Below the pieces are notes generated by a model. The model saw only the letters and a list, made by a program, of their open reading frames with translations. It had not been told where the DNA came from and made no database searches. DNA of 64,000 nucleotides from Felis catus (Eukaryota). The stretch covers positions 208,136,001 to 208,200,000 of the forward strand of contig NC_058368.1 of assembly GCF_018350175.1 (NCBI RefSeq), in the 5' to 3' direction. Positions 61,921 through 64,000 of this stretch are shown piece by piece; the stretch's first letter is position 1, and each line of letters opens with the position of its first letter. Both the position numbers and the translations under genes were made by a program.

Positions 61921-63488
61921 GGTAGGCGTTGAAGGACATTTAAAAATTTTAGGTAGATGTTATTGACGTCAAGTTTATATTTAAAAAAAAAAAAAGGCTC
62001 CTAGTTTCTTGCCCACAGAGCAGATCCATATGAGCTGCAGAATTATTGCAGAGAACATGGGGATCTGTAAGTGTACTGAACTCATCTGCACCCTGAATGG
62101 AACTCATGCAGGTAGAACGTTGGCAGTGGGAGAGAAGGCCTGGAAAATTGTCAACACCTAGGCTGATGTTTATTGTAGATCCACTCTAGCAACAGCGTGG
62201 AGAAGTGGATCCGAGGAAGGAAGGACTGGAAGCAGGTAGATGAGTAAGGAGGGTCTTTTGCAGTTCAGCAAAAGACAGTGAAGCTGTAAAGTAGGGCACT
62301 TGGGTTTGGAAATGAAAAGGGAGAAAAGTTGTGAACACTGAAGACACAGGATTAAAATTGGTGACTGTGTGTTTGGTAACCAAGAAATAGAACCAAATGT
62401 GAGTATTAGTTTGGGCGGCTGAGCAGCTGGTGATGTCTTCCACTGAGGCAGAAAATATATGAATGAATTCAGTGGGGAAGATAAATTCATCCTTAATATG
62501 TTAAGCTTGAGGTGCTTATGAAGTGTCTGGGTAGCAGTGTCTCATAGGCAGTGATTAGTAGGAGCTGAAGATCTCTATTTGAGAATCATCAACATACATG
62601 GCTTCATATTGTTTACGTCTGGAGGTTAACATGCTCAGGGAAAGAGAAATGGGGACCAGGGATACACATCTTACAAGCTTGAATGTCTAAGGGTAGGATG
62701 AAAGAAAAAGAGGCCAGCAAAGCAGACAGTAGCCAGAGGGTTAAGAGTAGCCCGGTAAGAGTAGCCCGGTGGGGTAGAGTGGTGTAGAACCCAAGAGAGA
62801 AGGGAGTTTTGAGAAGTTAGAGCTTAGGCAACACACCCGATGCTGTGGATGTCAAAGGGAAGGGGGACTGAGAAGTGGCTGTTGGACTGAGCAATTTAGG
62901 CCAGCAAGACACCTTAGTGGAATGGTCAAGGTAGGACCCATATTGTGGTAGATTAAAGAGTAAGTAGGAAACTAGAGATAATTAAAAAGATTGGACATTT
63001 AGGAAAATAAAAAGGTGTGGCTTTAACCAGCAGGGAATTAGGATTAAAGAAAAAGTTTGTTTAAGATGTAGAATACTTAAACATATATTCAGGCTGATGG
63101 AAAGTAAGAAGTCGGCCCTAAATACATAGAATCATTTCAGAGGAATAGAATTATATAATGAGTGACTTTTTCTTGCTGTGGATTTTTTATGTGTGGATAT
63201 AAACCCATTTAATTTGAACCTTTACACTTCTTAAGACATTAACCTGTGACCTTAGCTATTGGCCTATAGTCCCCTGCATTCCCCCACCATCACCCATCGT
63301 AAGTAGATAAGACATACCTACTTTTATTTCTTGTGTAGGTAGGTCTTGCTCCTTTGAAACCTGGGAGGTCATACCTTGTCTTTGGGCCACCATTATTACA
63401 AAACACTTCATAGTATGTTTTGTATACACTGGGCTATTTTATGATAAAATGCTTCTAAAGTATTTGTGATTCCTTTTGCTCTTTCTAG

Positions 63489-63743
63489 GGTCTCCTGATT
63501 CCCAGACGAAGGTTTTTCCTCAAGACAAAGTGATACTTGTAGGCTCAGATATAACATTTTGTTGTGTGACTCAAGAAAAAGTGTTATCAGCACAGATTGG
63601 CCAAACAAATTGTCCCCTTATTCATCTCGATGGGGAAAATGTTGCAATCAAGATCCATAATATTTCAGTTTCTGCAAACAGTGGGACAAATGTGGTTTTC
63701 ACAACAGAAGATAACATATTTGGGACAGTTATTTTCGCAGGAT
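63489..63743 (+). CDS. LIFR: LIFR exon 7 (255 nt): Ig-like domain (W)SPDSQTKVFPQDKVILVGSDITFCC...EDNIFGTVIFAG
   Basis: Acceptor ctctttctAG|GG, donor GGAT|GTAAGT; symmetric phase-1 exon. Confidence 0.97.
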
Positions 63744-64000
63744 GTAAGTATATAATACTGAAGAAAGAGTTCCTAGTAGTCTGTTTTGGTCCTCTTTGAA
63801 AGCTTTAATGCTGTTTCCAAGTGATGGGGGATGGTGCTATTTCTTTCTCTCTTTTTTTAATTCTTTAGTAAGTTATAGATGAAGGCATCCAAATTTTTGC
63901 TTGTTTTAAGATGAGTTCTAATCTTTTATTTATATAACGTGAAGGTTTTGTAAGAAGATTTGCAATATCCAGCCGGTAATTTTTAAATTCTTAGTTAACA

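Larger units (their letters stand above)
21340..64000 (+). other. LIFR: LIFR gene, 5' part (exon 1 to intron 7); continues beyond the window. TSS position approximate
   Basis: Six GT-AG exons splice in frame to a protein recognisable as LIFR (MMNISLRLRRPS...LKCITNNLQVWDCSW...IPDTPEILNLSADFSTSTL...WSDWSP...VFPQDKVILVGSDITFCC...GTVIFAG), with an upstream CpG island. Confidence 0.97.

Noticed and set aside
62742..62769. 14-bp tandem duplication TAAGAGTAGCCCGG
   Set aside because: Ordinary slippage duplication in intronic, probably L2-derived sequence.
63744..63799. Intron 7 read-through as a soluble LIFR isoform
   Set aside because: Strong GTAAGT donor and no AATAAA in the remaining window; similar short read-throughs after exons 5 and 6 are expected by chance.
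1..64000. CRISPR array, operon, tRNA gene, NUMT, intact ERV or processed pseudogene
   Set aside because: None seen. tRNA-like A/B-box sequences are SINE heads, and the direct repeats are TSDs or microsatellites rather than repeat-spacer arrays.

Overview
Mammalian genomic DNA, almost certainly from a felid: it carries about 21 tRNA-derived Can-SINEs, several of the young SINEC_Fc type with perfect target-site duplications (TSDs). The window holds the 5' part of LIFR (leukemia inhibitory factor receptor) on the + strand. There is a CpG-island promoter with a non-coding first exon (about 21.3-21.6 kb), a ~24 kb first intron, and six coding exons (45373-45514, 47180-47294, 49742-49881, 55855-56018, 61508-61682, 63489-63743). 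These splice GT-AG in frame into 330 codons plus 1 nt: signal peptide, N-terminal cytokine-binding module with WSDWS, and Ig-like domain. The gene continues past the window end. The rest is intergenic or intronic sequence with SINE, L1, L2, MIR, LTR and hAT relics and microsatellites. No prokaryotic-type system (CRISPR etc.) is present. Most notable observations: back-splicing to exon 2 would create a stop exactly at the junction for exons 4, 6 and 7, giving domain-bounded secreted fragments; a mir-3650-like hairpin upstream of the promoter; a strong-Kozak 3-codon uORF; a (TG)24 tract at the exon 3 acceptor; and repeated re-use of single L1-endonuclease target sites. Comparisons with human and mouse sequences and repeat subfamily names are from memory and were not verified by alignment.
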